A DNA stretch of 64,000 nt from the NCBI GenBank assembly GCA_964399735.1, contig CAYNSO010000002.1, positions 77,440 through 141,439 of the forward strand, in the 5' to 3' direction. Each line of letters opens with the position of its first letter. Within the stretch, counting starts at the first letter, position 1. The notes below the pieces were generated by a model. The model saw nothing but the letters and a program-made list of their open reading frames with translations, had not been told where the DNA came from and did no database searches. The translations under genes were made by a program, and so were the position numbers. This DNA is from an uncultured Cytophagia bacterium. GTDB taxonomy: Bacteria; Zhuqueibacterota; Zhuqueibacteria; Residuimicrobiales; Krinioviventaceae. Positions 40,704-49,825 of the stretch are shown in pieces.

Positions 40704-43184
40704 ATGAAAATTAAAATTCTCTTTTTACTAATCGTTGTGCTGCTTTTCTCAATGTTGACCGGGTGTGCATATTATAATACATTCTATAACGCCAAAAAAT
40801 TCTACAGTGACGGGGAAAAGGATCGCAAAAAACGTGAAAAAACCATGCTGGTGGAATTATCAGCGGAAGAAAAAGCAGCACGTAAAAAAAGTGGTGAAGC
40901 AACTTCCGGAACAATTGCTTCCTCTCTTGAAATGCAAAACTATCAAAAAGCCATAGAACGCGCATCACGGGTTTTAGAATTTTATCCAAATAGTAAATAT
41001 GTGGATGATGCGTTATTACTCCTGGGTAAATGCTTTTATTATCGCCGGGAATTTAAAAAAGCACAACGCAAGTTTGAAGAAATAATCAGGCTATACCCGG
41101 ATAGCAAGGATGTACCGGAAGCACGTTTGTTAATGGCAAAAACCTATCTGGGACTGGAAGAATTTGAAGAAGCCGAAAAACGGTTTCGATCACTTTCGCA
41201 GGAGACAAAAATAGCCTCAAACATCATTGATGAAGCCAGGTTTGAACTGGGCGGGTTATATTTTGAACAACAGAATTATGAACTGGCAGCAGAAAATTAT
41301 GCCAGCGCTGCCGAGGAAGCAGACAATAAACTTATCCGCGCCATGTCATTGTACCGGCTGGGCGAATGTTACCTGCAATTGGAAAGATATAGTGAAGCCC
41401 CCAAAATTTTTAACAAGGCGGCCAAAGAAAGTCCAAATGAAGACTTTAAATCACAAGCTTTATATAAACTTGGAGAAGCGCAAAGTTTAACAGGTATGTA
41501 TGATGAAGCAATCAAAACTTTTTCCAATCTTTTATCCATTGAATATGAAGCATCACGCATACCCGGTATAAAGCTGGCCCTGGCAGAAAATTTATATAAA
41601 CAAGGAAACCAATCCGAAGCTCTCAAATGGTACAACAACCTGATTGAAGAGCATAAACGCACAGATGCCTCGGCGAAAAGTTATTTTGCCCTGGGGGAAA
41701 TTGAAGAATTTATAAATAATGATTATAAAAAAGCCAAAGAAAATTACGATCTGGTCAGAGCGGAATTCACAAATTCATCCATTGCACCGGAAGCGAAACA
41801 ACGTTCCGATAACATACGGCTATTACTGGAATTGCAGGAAGACATTGCCAAACTTGAAGGCCGCTGGGTGGATTCGGATACCCTGAAAGATGAAAACAAT
41901 GGCGGTGATGGCAACAAAGGACAGCAGGTTAAAGACGATGGCCCGATTGATCTGAGTATGGACGGGATGTGGGTCAATTATTCAGGACGTGACCGCCCGC
42001 CGCCAAAATCATTAACAGATCTGAGCGAAGCCGACCTGCAACGGGTAGCCAAAATGAATGAACGCCTTCAGGAAAGCGCCGCAACAGATTCATCGGCTTT
42101 GACAACTGTAACGACCAAGCCGGTTGAATTGGACAGTGTAGCAATAGCCCTGGCTAAAGAAAAAGAAGAACGCCAAAAAATATTTACACTAACAGAAAAA
42201 AAACTTGCCTTGGCAGAAGTTTTGTATTTTAATTTCAACAAACCGGATTCGGCGATTGCTGTTTACAACCAGATCGTTAATGACCAGGTTGATACCGCTT
42301 TAACAACAAGGGCTTTATATTCGCTGGGCTATCTCTACAAAGAGGTATTGAACGATTCAATCACTGCCGATTCGGTACTATATCAACTTGTTAATTTTAA
42401 TCCCGATACCCCCCAGGCTGATGGCGCCAGAAAAATGCTGGGAATTGAACTTGCTGAAGAAAAAATAGATTCAGCAGCAATATACTTTAAAAGGGCAGAA
42501 AATGAATACCTGGTCAATCAAAACGTTGAAAAGGCGCTAGAAATTTACAATTCAGTTATCGAACAGTACCCGAATTCAGAATATTCACCAAAAGCAATTT
42601 ATGCGCAAGCCTGGTTAGCAGAAAAAAAACTTTTTAATCCGGAAATGGCCCTGCAATATTATGAACAAGTTGTAGAAAAATATCCGAATTCCGAGTATGG
42701 TAAATCGGTCAAGAATCACCTCGCTCTTTATGAAAAAGCAAAAAAGGACATTGAAGCGCGGCAAAAAGCTATTGCTGATTCACTGGCAAATTATGAAAAA
42801 ACAAAAAATGATTCGCTGTCAACTATTGCTACAGACTCTTTACAAAACACAATAAAAACTGATTCCACCCAGACTGTGGTATCTGATTCAACAGTAAATG
42901 CCCCTGCACCGGATAATCTGCAAAAACCCGCTGCCGGCCGTCAACGTCCATCGGCAGCCCCTGCCGGAACAGATACAACCAAAGCGGGAAATAACCGCAG
43001 GGCTTCAGCGAGCCAAGACACCCTGTCCAGTCAACGTGGTAACCCCGATCCGGTACCAACTCGCCCGGCAGCAGAACCGGATAAAGACCGGAAAGTTGGA
43101 TCACCTCCCGCCATAACAGCCCCGGATCAGGATTTGAACAATGTTCCGGTAAAGCAGGATTCTACTAAAGGATCAGGTGAGTGA
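40704..43184 (+). CDS. TPR-repeat lipoprotein with Pro/Ala/Thr-rich low-complexity C-terminus
   Basis: 826 aa. Lipobox LTGC. Multiple TPR repeats (YPNSKYVDDALLLLGKCFY type). C-terminal ~120 aa are low-complexity (PAAGRQRPSAAPAGTDTTK...). Confidence 0.75.
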   Translation: MKIKILFLLIVVLLFSMLTGCAYYNTFYNAKKFYSDGEKDRKKREKTMLVELSAEEKAARKKSGEATSGTIASSLEMQNYQKAIERASRVLEFYPNSKYVDDALLLLGKCFYYRREFKKAQRKFEEIIRLYPDSKDVPEARLLMAKTYLGLEEFEEAEKRFRSLSQETKIASNIIDEARFELGGLYFEQQNYELAAENYASAAEEADNKLIRAMSLYRLGECYLQLERYSEAPKIFNKAAKESPNEDFKSQALYKLGEAQSLTGMYDEAIKTFSNLLSIEYEASRIPGIKLALAENLYKQGNQSEALKWYNNLIEEHKRTDASAKSYFALGEIEEFINNDYKKAKENYDLVRAEFTNSSIAPEAKQRSDNIRLLLELQEDIAKLEGRWVDSDTLKDENNGGDGNKGQQVKDDGPIDLSMDGMWVNYSGRDRPPPKSLTDLSEADLQRVAKMNERLQESAATDSSALTTVTTKPVELDSVAIALAKEKEERQKIFTLTEKKLALAEVLYFNFNKPDSAIAVYNQIVNDQVDTALTTRALYSLGYLYKEVLNDSITADSVLYQLVNFNPDTPQADGARKMLGIELAEEKIDSAAIYFKRAENEYLVNQNVEKALEIYNSVIEQYPNSEYSPKAIYAQAWLAEKKLFNPEMALQYYEQVVEKYPNSEYGKSVKNHLALYEKAKKDIEARQKAIADSLANYEKTKNDSLSTIATDSLQNTIKTDSTQTVVSDSTVNAPAPDNLQKPAAGRQRPSAAPAGTDTTKAGNNRRASASQDTLSSQRGNPDPVPTRPAAEPDKDRKVGSPPAITAPDQDLNNVPVKQDSTKGSGE

Positions 43185-43996
43185 AAAATCATAAAAAGGC
43201 CGTTCTTGTTCCGGTGCTCTCCAATATTCAGGTAACTCATGATACCTGGTGTATTACTTTACAGGACAAACAAATTGCCGGCAATGGATGCGGTGGGCAA
43301 TTTGTCAATGTATTTGTACAGCAAAATAATGGTGTATTATGGCGCCGGCCTTTTGGAATACATACAACTAACCCTGTGCAAGGTGTTTTCACTTTACTTT
43401 ACAAACTCGTGGGGCGCGGCACTACAACACTGTCAAAGGTGCAAGCGGGTGAAACACTGGATATTATTGGGCCCCTTGGCAATTCTTTCACCCATCCTCA
43501 AGGTTTGCGTCAAGCTATCATAGTAGCCGGAGGCATAGGCATCGCCCCCTTTCCCCTGTTCATACAACACCTGATTGATCGTTCAGTACAAGTATCAGTA
43601 TTCTATGGCGCCAAATCCAAAAATGATTTTTGTTGCCAGGACTTTTTTAGGGAATCCGGTGTGCACTTGCATCTTGCCACTGAAGATGGAACCCTGGGCG
43701 ACAAGGGTTTTATTACAGATTCGCTGACCAGGTACCTGCAAACGCTGCCGGATAAAACCGGTTCACAAATTTACGTATGCGGTCCGACTCCAATGCTCGC
43801 CCGGATGAAAGAGATTAGCCGGCAAAGCGGCATTAGCGCCGAGGTTTCAGTAGAAACGATAATGGCTTGCGGTTTTGGCGCTTGTATGGGCTGCCCGGTA
43901 ACCCTGGAAAAGCCGGATCACGATGGCCGTTTATATGCCCTGGCCTGCAAAGACGGACCGGTTTTTAATATGGAAGAGATTCGATTCGATGAGTGA
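43181..43996 (+). CDS. pyrK: dihydroorotate dehydrogenase electron transfer subunit
   Basis: 271 aa. FAD/NAD-binding fold. C-terminal [2Fe-2S] cysteines CGFGACMGCPV. Overlaps pyrD. Confidence 0.88.
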   Translation: MKNHKKAVLVPVLSNIQVTHDTWCITLQDKQIAGNGCGGQFVNVFVQQNNGVLWRRPFGIHTTNPVQGVFTLLYKLVGRGTTTLSKVQAGETLDIIGPLGNSFTHPQGLRQAIIVAGGIGIAPFPLFIQHLIDRSVQVSVFYGAKSKNDFCCQDFFRESGVHLHLATEDGTLGDKGFITDSLTRYLQTLPDKTGSQIYVCGPTPMLARMKEISRQSGISAEVSVETIMACGFGACMGCPVTLEKPDHDGRLYALACKDGPVFNMEEIRFDE

Positions 43997-44903
43997 TCTG
44001 TCAGTAAAAATTGGTCAGTTGATTTTAGCAAACCCGGTCACTGTAGCAAGCGGTACGTTTGGTTATGCGCAAGAATTTGCAGATTTTATTGATCTCAACC
44101 GGCTTGGCGGAGTCATCACCAAAACAGTTACTCTTGAACCACGTCCGGGAAATCCCCCGCCCCGAATAGCAGAAACCTCCGGTGGTATGCTGAATTCCAT
44201 TGGCTTGCCCAATGACGGCGTTAAAAAATTCATTGCCGATAAAATGCCGTTTCTAAGATCTCTAAAAACCAAAATCATCGTCAATGTTGCCGGTAAAAGT
44301 GGTGAAGACTATGCTGAAATTATTCGCATTCTCGATGCAGTTGAAGGTATTGATGCCTATGAACTGAATTATTCCTGCCCCAATGTTAAAGAAGGCGGAT
44401 TATCATTCAGCGCCAATGCCCGTGTAGCTGAAAGCGTCACCAAAAGCGTGCGCGCTGTTACAAAAAGACCGATCATCGCCAAACTGACGCCCAATGTCAC
44501 TTCGATTAGTGAAATAGGTTTAGCAGTAGAACAGGGCGGCGCCGATGCTGTCTCGGCAGTTAATACCTTTGTCGGCATGGCGATTGATGTTCCCAGCCGG
44601 CGCCCAAAAATTGCGATGATAACAGCGGGATACTCCGGCCCGGCCATAAAACCACTGGCGCTGGCCAAAGTTTATGAATTGTACAAAAAACTGCACATCC
44701 CGATTATCGGCATCGGCGGGATTTGTGATACAAATGATGCGCTGGAATTTATCATTGCCGGTGCAACAGCAATCCAGGTGGGTACCGCAAATTTTTGGGA
44801 CCCTTGTGTAACCATAAAAATACTGGAAGGGTTGCAAACCTGGTGCGAACAAAATAAAATTGCAAAAATTACCGAACTTGTCGGCTCTTTAAGAATAAAG
44901 TAA
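43989..44903 (+). CDS. pyrD: dihydroorotate dehydrogenase catalytic subunit (class 1B)
   Basis: Preferred start MSDLSVKIGQL at 43989 overlaps the pyrK stop. Motifs NPVTVASGTFGY, NYSCPN, IIGIGGI. Confidence 0.88.
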   Translation: MSDLSVKIGQLILANPVTVASGTFGYAQEFADFIDLNRLGGVITKTVTLEPRPGNPPPRIAETSGGMLNSIGLPNDGVKKFIADKMPFLRSLKTKIIVNVAGKSGEDYAEIIRILDAVEGIDAYELNYSCPNVKEGGLSFSANARVAESVTKSVRAVTKRPIIAKLTPNVTSISEIGLAVEQGGADAVSAVNTFVGMAIDVPSRRPKIAMITAGYSGPAIKPLALAKVYELYKKLHIPIIGIGGICDTNDALEFIIAGATAIQVGTANFWDPCVTIKILEGLQTWCEQNKIAKITELVGSLRIK

Positions 44904-44905
44904 CT

Positions 44906-45382
44906 ATGCCAAAAAAAAAATTTCCCTTTTTATTTCAGTTATTCCATTTATTAATCATAGTGCTGCTGATTATTGCGTCAAACTGCAATCCCGATCCGAG
45001 ATACCGAAATTCCGGTTATCAACAAATAAATCGCACAAATACCGAGCCTGCAAGGCAATCCGCTGGCGTGGAAACCAGACGAGAACAGGGAATAGCATCA
45101 TATATGGCCGATGAATTGCAGGGTAAAAAGACCGCCACCGGTGAATTATTCAACAAATGGGCATTAGCGGCAGCCCATAAAACGCTGCCTTTCGGCACTA
45201 TTGTGCGGGTTACAAATCTGGAAAACCAAAAAACTGTTGACGTGCGTATTAATGACCGCGGCCCGTTTGTCAAGGGACGGATCATTGATGTTACGTATGA
45301 AGCAGCGCGCCGGCTGGATTTTATTCAACAAGGATTGACTAAAGTAGAAATACAAATAATTCAAACTGCTGATAAAAAATAA
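44906..45382 (+). CDS. rlpA: septal ring lytic transglycosylase RlpA-family (double-psi beta-barrel) protein
   Basis: GIASYMADELQGKKTATGELFNKWALAAAHKTLPFGTIVRVTNLENQKTVDVRINDRGPF is canonical RlpA/DPBB. N-terminal transmembrane anchor. Confidence 0.85.
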   Translation: MPKKKFPFLFQLFHLLIIVLLIIASNCNPDPRYRNSGYQQINRTNTEPARQSAGVETRREQGIASYMADELQGKKTATGELFNKWALAAAHKTLPFGTIVRVTNLENQKTVDVRINDRGPFVKGRIIDVTYEAARRLDFIQQGLTKVEIQIIQTADKK

Positions 45383-45389
45383 CCTGTGA

Positions 45390-46235
45390 ATGCGGAGGCT
45401 GTCATTGAATATTAAATCGTTTCTTGTTCGCTTGCTGATTGCGGTAATTTTAGGTCCACTGTTATTAATAGCGGTTTATAAAGGAAGCTGGTATTTACTG
45501 GCCCTGGTCATTATTATTGTTATGCTGTCGTTGTATGAATTTTACAAACTGGCGGAGAAAAAACAAGTCAGGGCTCAGTATATGATTGGCGGAGCAGCCA
45601 GCCTGGCAATTGTTTTGGCTATTTATTTCCGACAGCCGGAAATCATTATTGCTTCTGTTTTACTTTTAATTATTCTATCGTTTTTTCAGGCATTATATTC
45701 CCATACCGGTTCCCCCCTGCTCAATGTCTCTATTACAGTATTCGGGGTATTTTATTTTAGTTTTCTTACCGGCAGTTTTTTATTATTACGCGATCTATCC
45801 TGGTCTTTGGGAATGGATTATAATTATGCCGGCGGCTGGTTTTTACTGGTTTTTCTAACAACCTGGTTGGGCGATACGGCAGCGTATGTACTCGGCTCTT
45901 ATTTTGGCAAACATAAACTCATCAAACGCATCAGTCCAAATAAATCAATCGAAGGAGCTGTGGCGGGATTTGTGTTTTCGCTTGTTGCAGCCGTGATCTG
46001 CCATTACTGGTTTGTCCATGAATTGCGCCTGATCGATTCTTTGATTGTCGGCGCTATTGTCGGCAGCTTTGGTCAGTATGGTGATCTGTTCGAGTCTATG
46101 TTTAAAAGAGATGTCGGCGTTAAAGATTCCTCCAGCCTCATCCCCGGACATGGAGGTGTTATGGATCGGTTTGACAGCTTGTTGGTTTCCACACCAATTG
46201 TTTACTTTTATTTAAAATATATAGCCCTGGCCTGA
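45390..46235 (+). CDS. cdsA: phosphatidate cytidylyltransferase
   Basis: 281 aa polytopic. CTP-transferase signature SxxKRxxGVKDxGxxxPGHGGxxDRxDS (SMFKRDVGVKDSSSLIPGHGGVMDRFDS). Confidence 0.9.
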   Translation: MRRLSLNIKSFLVRLLIAVILGPLLLIAVYKGSWYLLALVIIIVMLSLYEFYKLAEKKQVRAQYMIGGAASLAIVLAIYFRQPEIIIASVLLLIILSFFQALYSHTGSPLLNVSITVFGVFYFSFLTGSFLLLRDLSWSLGMDYNYAGGWFLLVFLTTWLGDTAAYVLGSYFGKHKLIKRISPNKSIEGAVAGFVFSLVAAVICHYWFVHELRLIDSLIVGAIVGSFGQYGDLFESMFKRDVGVKDSSSLIPGHGGVMDRFDSLLVSTPIVYFYLKYIALA

Positions 46236-46261
46236 GGGCGTTTTAGCAGGGTAATTATAAC

Positions 46262-46299
46262 AAAAAGGTTATTTCCAGAAGTGGAAATAACCTTTTTTT
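46262..46299. terminator. bidirectional rho-independent terminator between cdsA (+) and rubredoxin (-)
   Basis: Stem GGTTATTTCC-AGAAGT-GGAAATAACC, flanked by AAAAA on the left and TTTTTTT on the right. Confidence 0.75.
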
Positions 46300-46300
46300 A

Positions 46301-46465
46301 TTATATCTTTTTAAACTGGTCTTTGGTGACCTGGCAAACCGGACAAACCCAGTCAGCGGGTAGATCTTTAAAACGTGTTCCGGGCGGAATATTGCTATCA
46401 GGGTCTCCGGCAGCTTCGTCGTATACATAACCACAATTGGTACAGACATACTTTTCGTACTTCAT
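46301..46465 (-). CDS. rubredoxin
   Basis: Two CxxC knuckles ([10 protein letters not shown]... and WVCPVC). Preferred start MKYEKYVCT is preceded by GGAGGA. Confidence 0.88.
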   Translation of the reverse strand: MKYEKYVCTNCGYVYDEAAGDPDSNIPPGTRFKDLPADWVCPVCQVTKDQFKKI

Positions 46466-46519
46466 TTTATCCTCCTGCAAAATCATTCTGCTTGTATTTG
46501 AGGGTTAACTTTAGAGTAA

Positions 46520-47305
46520 TTAGCCATCAATAATCCTGCCAATACCACCTAAAATAGAGCCTTCACCTTTACTGCTGCCACCTGAAGCAGGAGCGTGCTG
46601 AATAATCCGGTCAGCCAGGCGAGAGAAGGGCAAGCTTTGCAGCCAGATTGTGCCGGTTCCTCTGAGGGTGGCCAGGAACAAACCTTCACCGCCGAAAAAC
46701 ATGGATTTTAAATTACCGGCGCGCTGAATATCATAATCCAGTCCCGGTGTAAATGCTGCTATACAACCGGTATCAATTTTCATTACCTCATTTTTAAGCG
46801 TTTTTTTTACAATTGTACCGCCGGCGTGAACAAACACCATTCCGTCGCCAAGCAAACGTTGTAAAATAAAACCTTCGCCGCCAAAGAAACCGGTGCCGAG
46901 TCGTTTGGCAAAAGCAATACTGACCTGGGTTCCAAAAGCGGCACACAAAAACGCATCTTTTTGGCAAATTAACTCGCCGCCAACAAGAGACATATCAACC
47001 GGGATTATTTTTCCGGGGTATGGCGCTGCAAAAGCAACATGCCGTTTAATACTGCTTGTATTGGTAAAATGCGTCATAAAAAGTGATTCGCCGGTAATAG
47101 TTCTCTTGGCCACATTAAGCAGTTTGCCCATAAAGCCCTGATCCGGCTGTGAACCATCGCCCATTTTCGCTTCAAAACCGATCCCGTCTTCCATCCAGTT
47201 CATGGCGCCGGCTTCGGCTATGACTGTTTCAGAAGGGTCAAGTTCGACTTCGACAACTTGCAAATCATCGCCTATTACTTCATAATCCAGCTTGTGACAT
47301 TTCAT
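46520..47305 (-). CDS. TIGR00266/AIM24-family protein (DUF124)
   Basis: 261 aa. Pattern of conserved Gly-rich beta-strand blocks ([20 protein letters not shown]...L...E...ID) typical of the AIM24/DUF124 family. Confidence 0.6.
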   Translation of the reverse strand: MKCHKLDYEVIGDDLQVVEVELDPSETVIAEAGAMNWMEDGIGFEAKMGDGSQPDQGFMGKLLNVAKRTITGESLFMTHFTNTSSIKRHVAFAAPYPGKIIPVDMSLVGGELICQKDAFLCAAFGTQVSIAFAKRLGTGFFGGEGFILQRLLGDGMVFVHAGGTIVKKTLKNEVMKIDTGCIAAFTPGLDYDIQRAGNLKSMFFGGEGLFLATLRGTGTIWLQSLPFSRLADRIIQHAPASGGSSKGEGSILGGIGRIIDG

Positions 47306-47344
47306 AGGGGGTCTCCATTCATCATTATAATTATTACGGATTTA

Positions 47345-48328
47345 TCATTTTAATAACAACATGGCATCGCCAAGACTGAAAAAACGATACCTTTTTTGTA
47401 CCGCCTGCTCATACGCTGCACGAATGCGTTCCCATCCGTAAAAAGCGCTAACCAGCAACAAGAGCGTTGATTTTGGCAGGTGGAAATTGGTTATTAATCC
47501 ATGCACCGGGGTTTTAAATTCATAACCGGGATAAATAAACAGTTCGGAAAATTCTTGTTTAGCCTCTACCCTGCCGCTTACCTGGGCTGATGATTCAATT
47601 GCCTTTAATGCAGTTGTGCCGGTGACAAACAGCCGGGGCGCATTGTTAATAATAGCGGCATTTTCTTCATCAATAATATAATATTCCGGTTCCATTTTAT
47701 GCTGTACAATACCGGGGTCGCGTACCGGTAAAAAAGTGCCAAACCCGATATGCAGCGTTACAAACGCGGTTTTAACTCCTTTACGTTTTAGAGCCTGTAA
47801 AAGATTCATTGTAAAATGCAAACCGGAAGTCGGCGCTGCCAGCGAACCGGGAGCTGAAGCATAGACAGTTTGATACTCATCCCCGACGGTTCTTTTTATG
47901 TACGGAGGATTGGGATAAAGGTTTTGATCAATTACCTCAGCAAGCGGCTGATCGAGTTGCACATAAAATATATCATTCTGCTGGTCAACCACACGGGCAT
48001 GAATTTTTCCAAAAACAAACTCGTTGCCAATACGTACTTTGGAGCACTGAATACGAGCGGTAACTGTATGATCATTCACCGGTTGCATAATGATCATTTC
48101 CGCGACCGCCCCGGATACCTTGTTGCCAATGAGTTTATTTTTCATAACTCGTGTGTGATTCATCACCAGCACATCGTCTTTTTGAAAATGATCGACAATG
48201 TTGTAAAAACGTTTATGTAAAACAGTCTCGCCCTGCACAACCATTAACCGTGAGTAACTTCTTGGTGTAACCGCAGTTTGCGCGACAAGTTCACGAGGAA
48301 GGTCATAATTAAAATCGTCCAGAGTCAT
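47345..48328 (-). CDS. queA: S-adenosylmethionine:tRNA ribosyltransferase-isomerase
   Basis: LDDFNYDLPRELVAQ N-terminus, APTSGLHFT, and LFVTGTTALKAIES. Start may be Met1 or Met4. Confidence 0.88.
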   Translation of the reverse strand: MTLDDFNYDLPRELVAQTAVTPRSYSRLMVVQGETVLHKRFYNIVDHFQKDDVLVMNHTRVMKNKLIGNKVSGAVAEMIIMQPVNDHTVTARIQCSKVRIGNEFVFGKIHARVVDQQNDIFYVQLDQPLAEVIDQNLYPNPPYIKRTVGDEYQTVYASAPGSLAAPTSGLHFTMNLLQALKRKGVKTAFVTLHIGFGTFLPVRDPGIVQHKMEPEYYIIDEENAAIINNAPRLFVTGTTALKAIESSAQVSGRVEAKQEFSELFIYPGYEFKTPVHGLITNFHLPKSTLLLLVSAFYGWERIRAAYEQAVQKRYRFFSLGDAMLLLK

Positions 48329-48347
48329 CCGGCGCACCGTCGCGATT

Positions 48348-49028
48348 TCAACCTAAAACCCGCAGAATACGTTCAGTATCCTGCAGATTGGTAAATAAAT
48401 AATCGGGATCATGCTGCTGCAGCTGCTCCATTGAGTAACTACTTGTGGCAACAGCAATTGAAACCGCGCCATGCGGCTTGGCGCATTTAATATCCGAAGG
48501 GGTATCACCAATAACATATACCTGGTCGGGTGCAGGATGAATATGATAAATATCTGTAAAGCGCCGGACGGCAAAAGGCAGCAACTCTTCGCGTACGCCG
48601 GAATCATCGGCAAAGGCGCCGAAACGGAAATAATTGTTCAAATCAAAATGACCAATTTTAATACGGCCGCTGGTTTCCCAGTTACCGGTTAGCAAACCCA
48701 GGTACACATCTTGACGTTTAGCCAACAGCGGTAACAGGTCGCTGATACCGGGCATCAATGCTTTACCGTTACCGGGCGCTTGAATCTCTTTTTCAAGCAA
48801 CTTGAAGTAAACAGTTTTATAATAATCGAAACGCTCCTGATTCCAAGTCACACCGGTTTCATTCAAAGCGTCAATTAATATTGAAGTATCTGTACGGCCG
48901 GCCAGGTTGATATGCAACAAGGCATCTTTAACTCCAAAAACCTGAAAAAAGGCCTCATTCATAGCCCGCAAACCGGCTCCGCCGCTCAACATCAAGGTGC
49001 CGTCAATATCAAAAAGCAATACTTTCAC
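48348..49028 (-). CDS. HAD-IA family hydrolase (phosphatase)
   Basis: Motif I FDIDGTL, motif II LTGN, and C-terminal GDTPSD. Confidence 0.8.
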   Translation of the reverse strand: MKVLLFDIDGTLMLSGGAGLRAMNEAFFQVFGVKDALLHINLAGRTDTSILIDALNETGVTWNQERFDYYKTVYFKLLEKEIQAPGNGKALMPGISDLLPLLAKRQDVYLGLLTGNWETSGRIKIGHFDLNNYFRFGAFADDSGVREELLPFAVRRFTDIYHIHPAPDQVYVIGDTPSDIKCAKPHGAVSIAVATSSYSMEQLQQHDPDYLFTNLQDTERILRVLG

Positions 49029-49146
49029 GTGTGGTTTTCCAAAAATAATTTTCTAAATGTTTATCTGTATGCGTAAATCAGTGCGTTGATATACATTATA
49101 CACTTTTTTACCACTTATTATTCATAAATTAAGGCTTGCATAACTA

Positions 49147-49350
49147 TCACATAAAGCGGCGCACCAGACTGATCAACGCCTGAATGATCGGCCAGGCGAA
49201 CAGAATGATCATCAACAGAGCTACCCATTTTACAGGGGATTTCTGATGCGGGAACTCGTACCCGCAGATCGGGCAAGCCGGGCTCTTTTTATCAACCATC
49301 ATCGCACAGGATGGACATTCTTTTTGTGACACGTGCTCTCCTTTAAACAA
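49147..49350 (-). CDS. hypothetical zinc-ribbon membrane protein
   Basis: 67 aa with two CxxC pairs (CPSC...CPIC) followed by one transmembrane helix. AAGGAGAG is followed by a possible GTG start at 49332. Confidence 0.45.
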   Translation of the reverse strand: MFKGEHVSQKECPSCAMMVDKKSPACPICGYEFPHQKSPVKWVALLMIILFAWPIIQALISLVRRFM

Positions 49351-49453
49351 GTAATAAAATACACAACTTGCAGCAAATTATCAAGCTGAAAGAAAACTAC
49401 CGGCGTTGTAATAATTTCAGAAATATTATTTATGCGGGAGTTGCGAACAAGTG

Positions 49454-49482
49454 TTGACAATCCGAAAACTATTTAATATATT
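49454..49482 (+). promoter_or_regulatory. sigma70-like promoter (TTGACA-17-TATATT) upstream of selenoprotein gene
   Basis: -35 TTGACA at 49454-49459, a 17-nt spacer, and -10 TATATT at 49477-49482. About 115 nt upstream of the ATG at 49598. Confidence 0.4.
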
Positions 49483-49597
49483 GACACGTTGGTAAATCAG
49501 CAGCAAAAGCATGCAATTAATCGCTGCTCCATAATACAGCAACTACTGTGTTCTTTTGCCCGATAAATAAAGAGTTACACCAAAAAAAGGATGACTG

Positions 49598-49813
49598 ATG
49601 AAGGTTTCGATTGAATATTGTACTATGTGAAACTATTACCCCCAGGCAGCCAGGCTGGCTGCGGAAATTGAAAACAAATATCATATTAAAGTTACCCTTA
49701 TCAAGTCGGGAGGCGGAGTGTTTCAAGTGCGCAAGGATGATGCACTGATTTTTTCCAAGCAAGCAACCGGACGTTTTCCCGAAACAAGCGAAATTTTTAT
49801 AAAACTGGGATAA
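49598..49813 (+). CDS. SelW/Rdx-family selenoprotein (in-frame TGA = selenocysteine, CxxU motif)
   Basis: ATG at 49598 preceded by AAGGA. The frame reads MKVSIEYCTM-TGA(49628-49630)-NYYPQAARLAAEIENKYHIKVTLIKSGGGVFQVRKDDALIFSKQATGRFPETSEIFIKLG* with TAA at 49811. It matches the Rdx/SelW fold pattern (IEYCxxU/C...L.....e....v.L....GG.FeV..dg.liwsk...grFPe..e). No alternative start exists downstream of the TGA. A hairpin follows 16 nt after the TGA. The ORF track shows nothing on the + strand and only a spurious antisense ORF here. Confidence 0.7.
49646..49662 (+). promoter_or_regulatory. candidate bacterial SECIS-like hairpin downstream of the UGA codon
   Basis: GCAGCCA-GGC-TGGCTGC is a perfect 7-bp stem with a G-rich apical loop. 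It starts 16 nt after the TGA, at the spacing expected for SelB-dependent recoding. Confidence 0.45.
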
Positions 49814-49825
49814 GACCGGATTTTT

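Noticed and set aside
42829-43116. ORFs overlapping the 3' end of the TPR lipoprotein gene
   Set aside because: They overlap the Pro/Ala-rich low-complexity coding tail, are frame-shifted mirror translations, and have no independent support.
49517-49762. 81-aa minus-strand ORF from the track
   Set aside because: It is antisense to the much better supported selenoprotein frame (49598-49813). It has no RBS and no recognisable fold.
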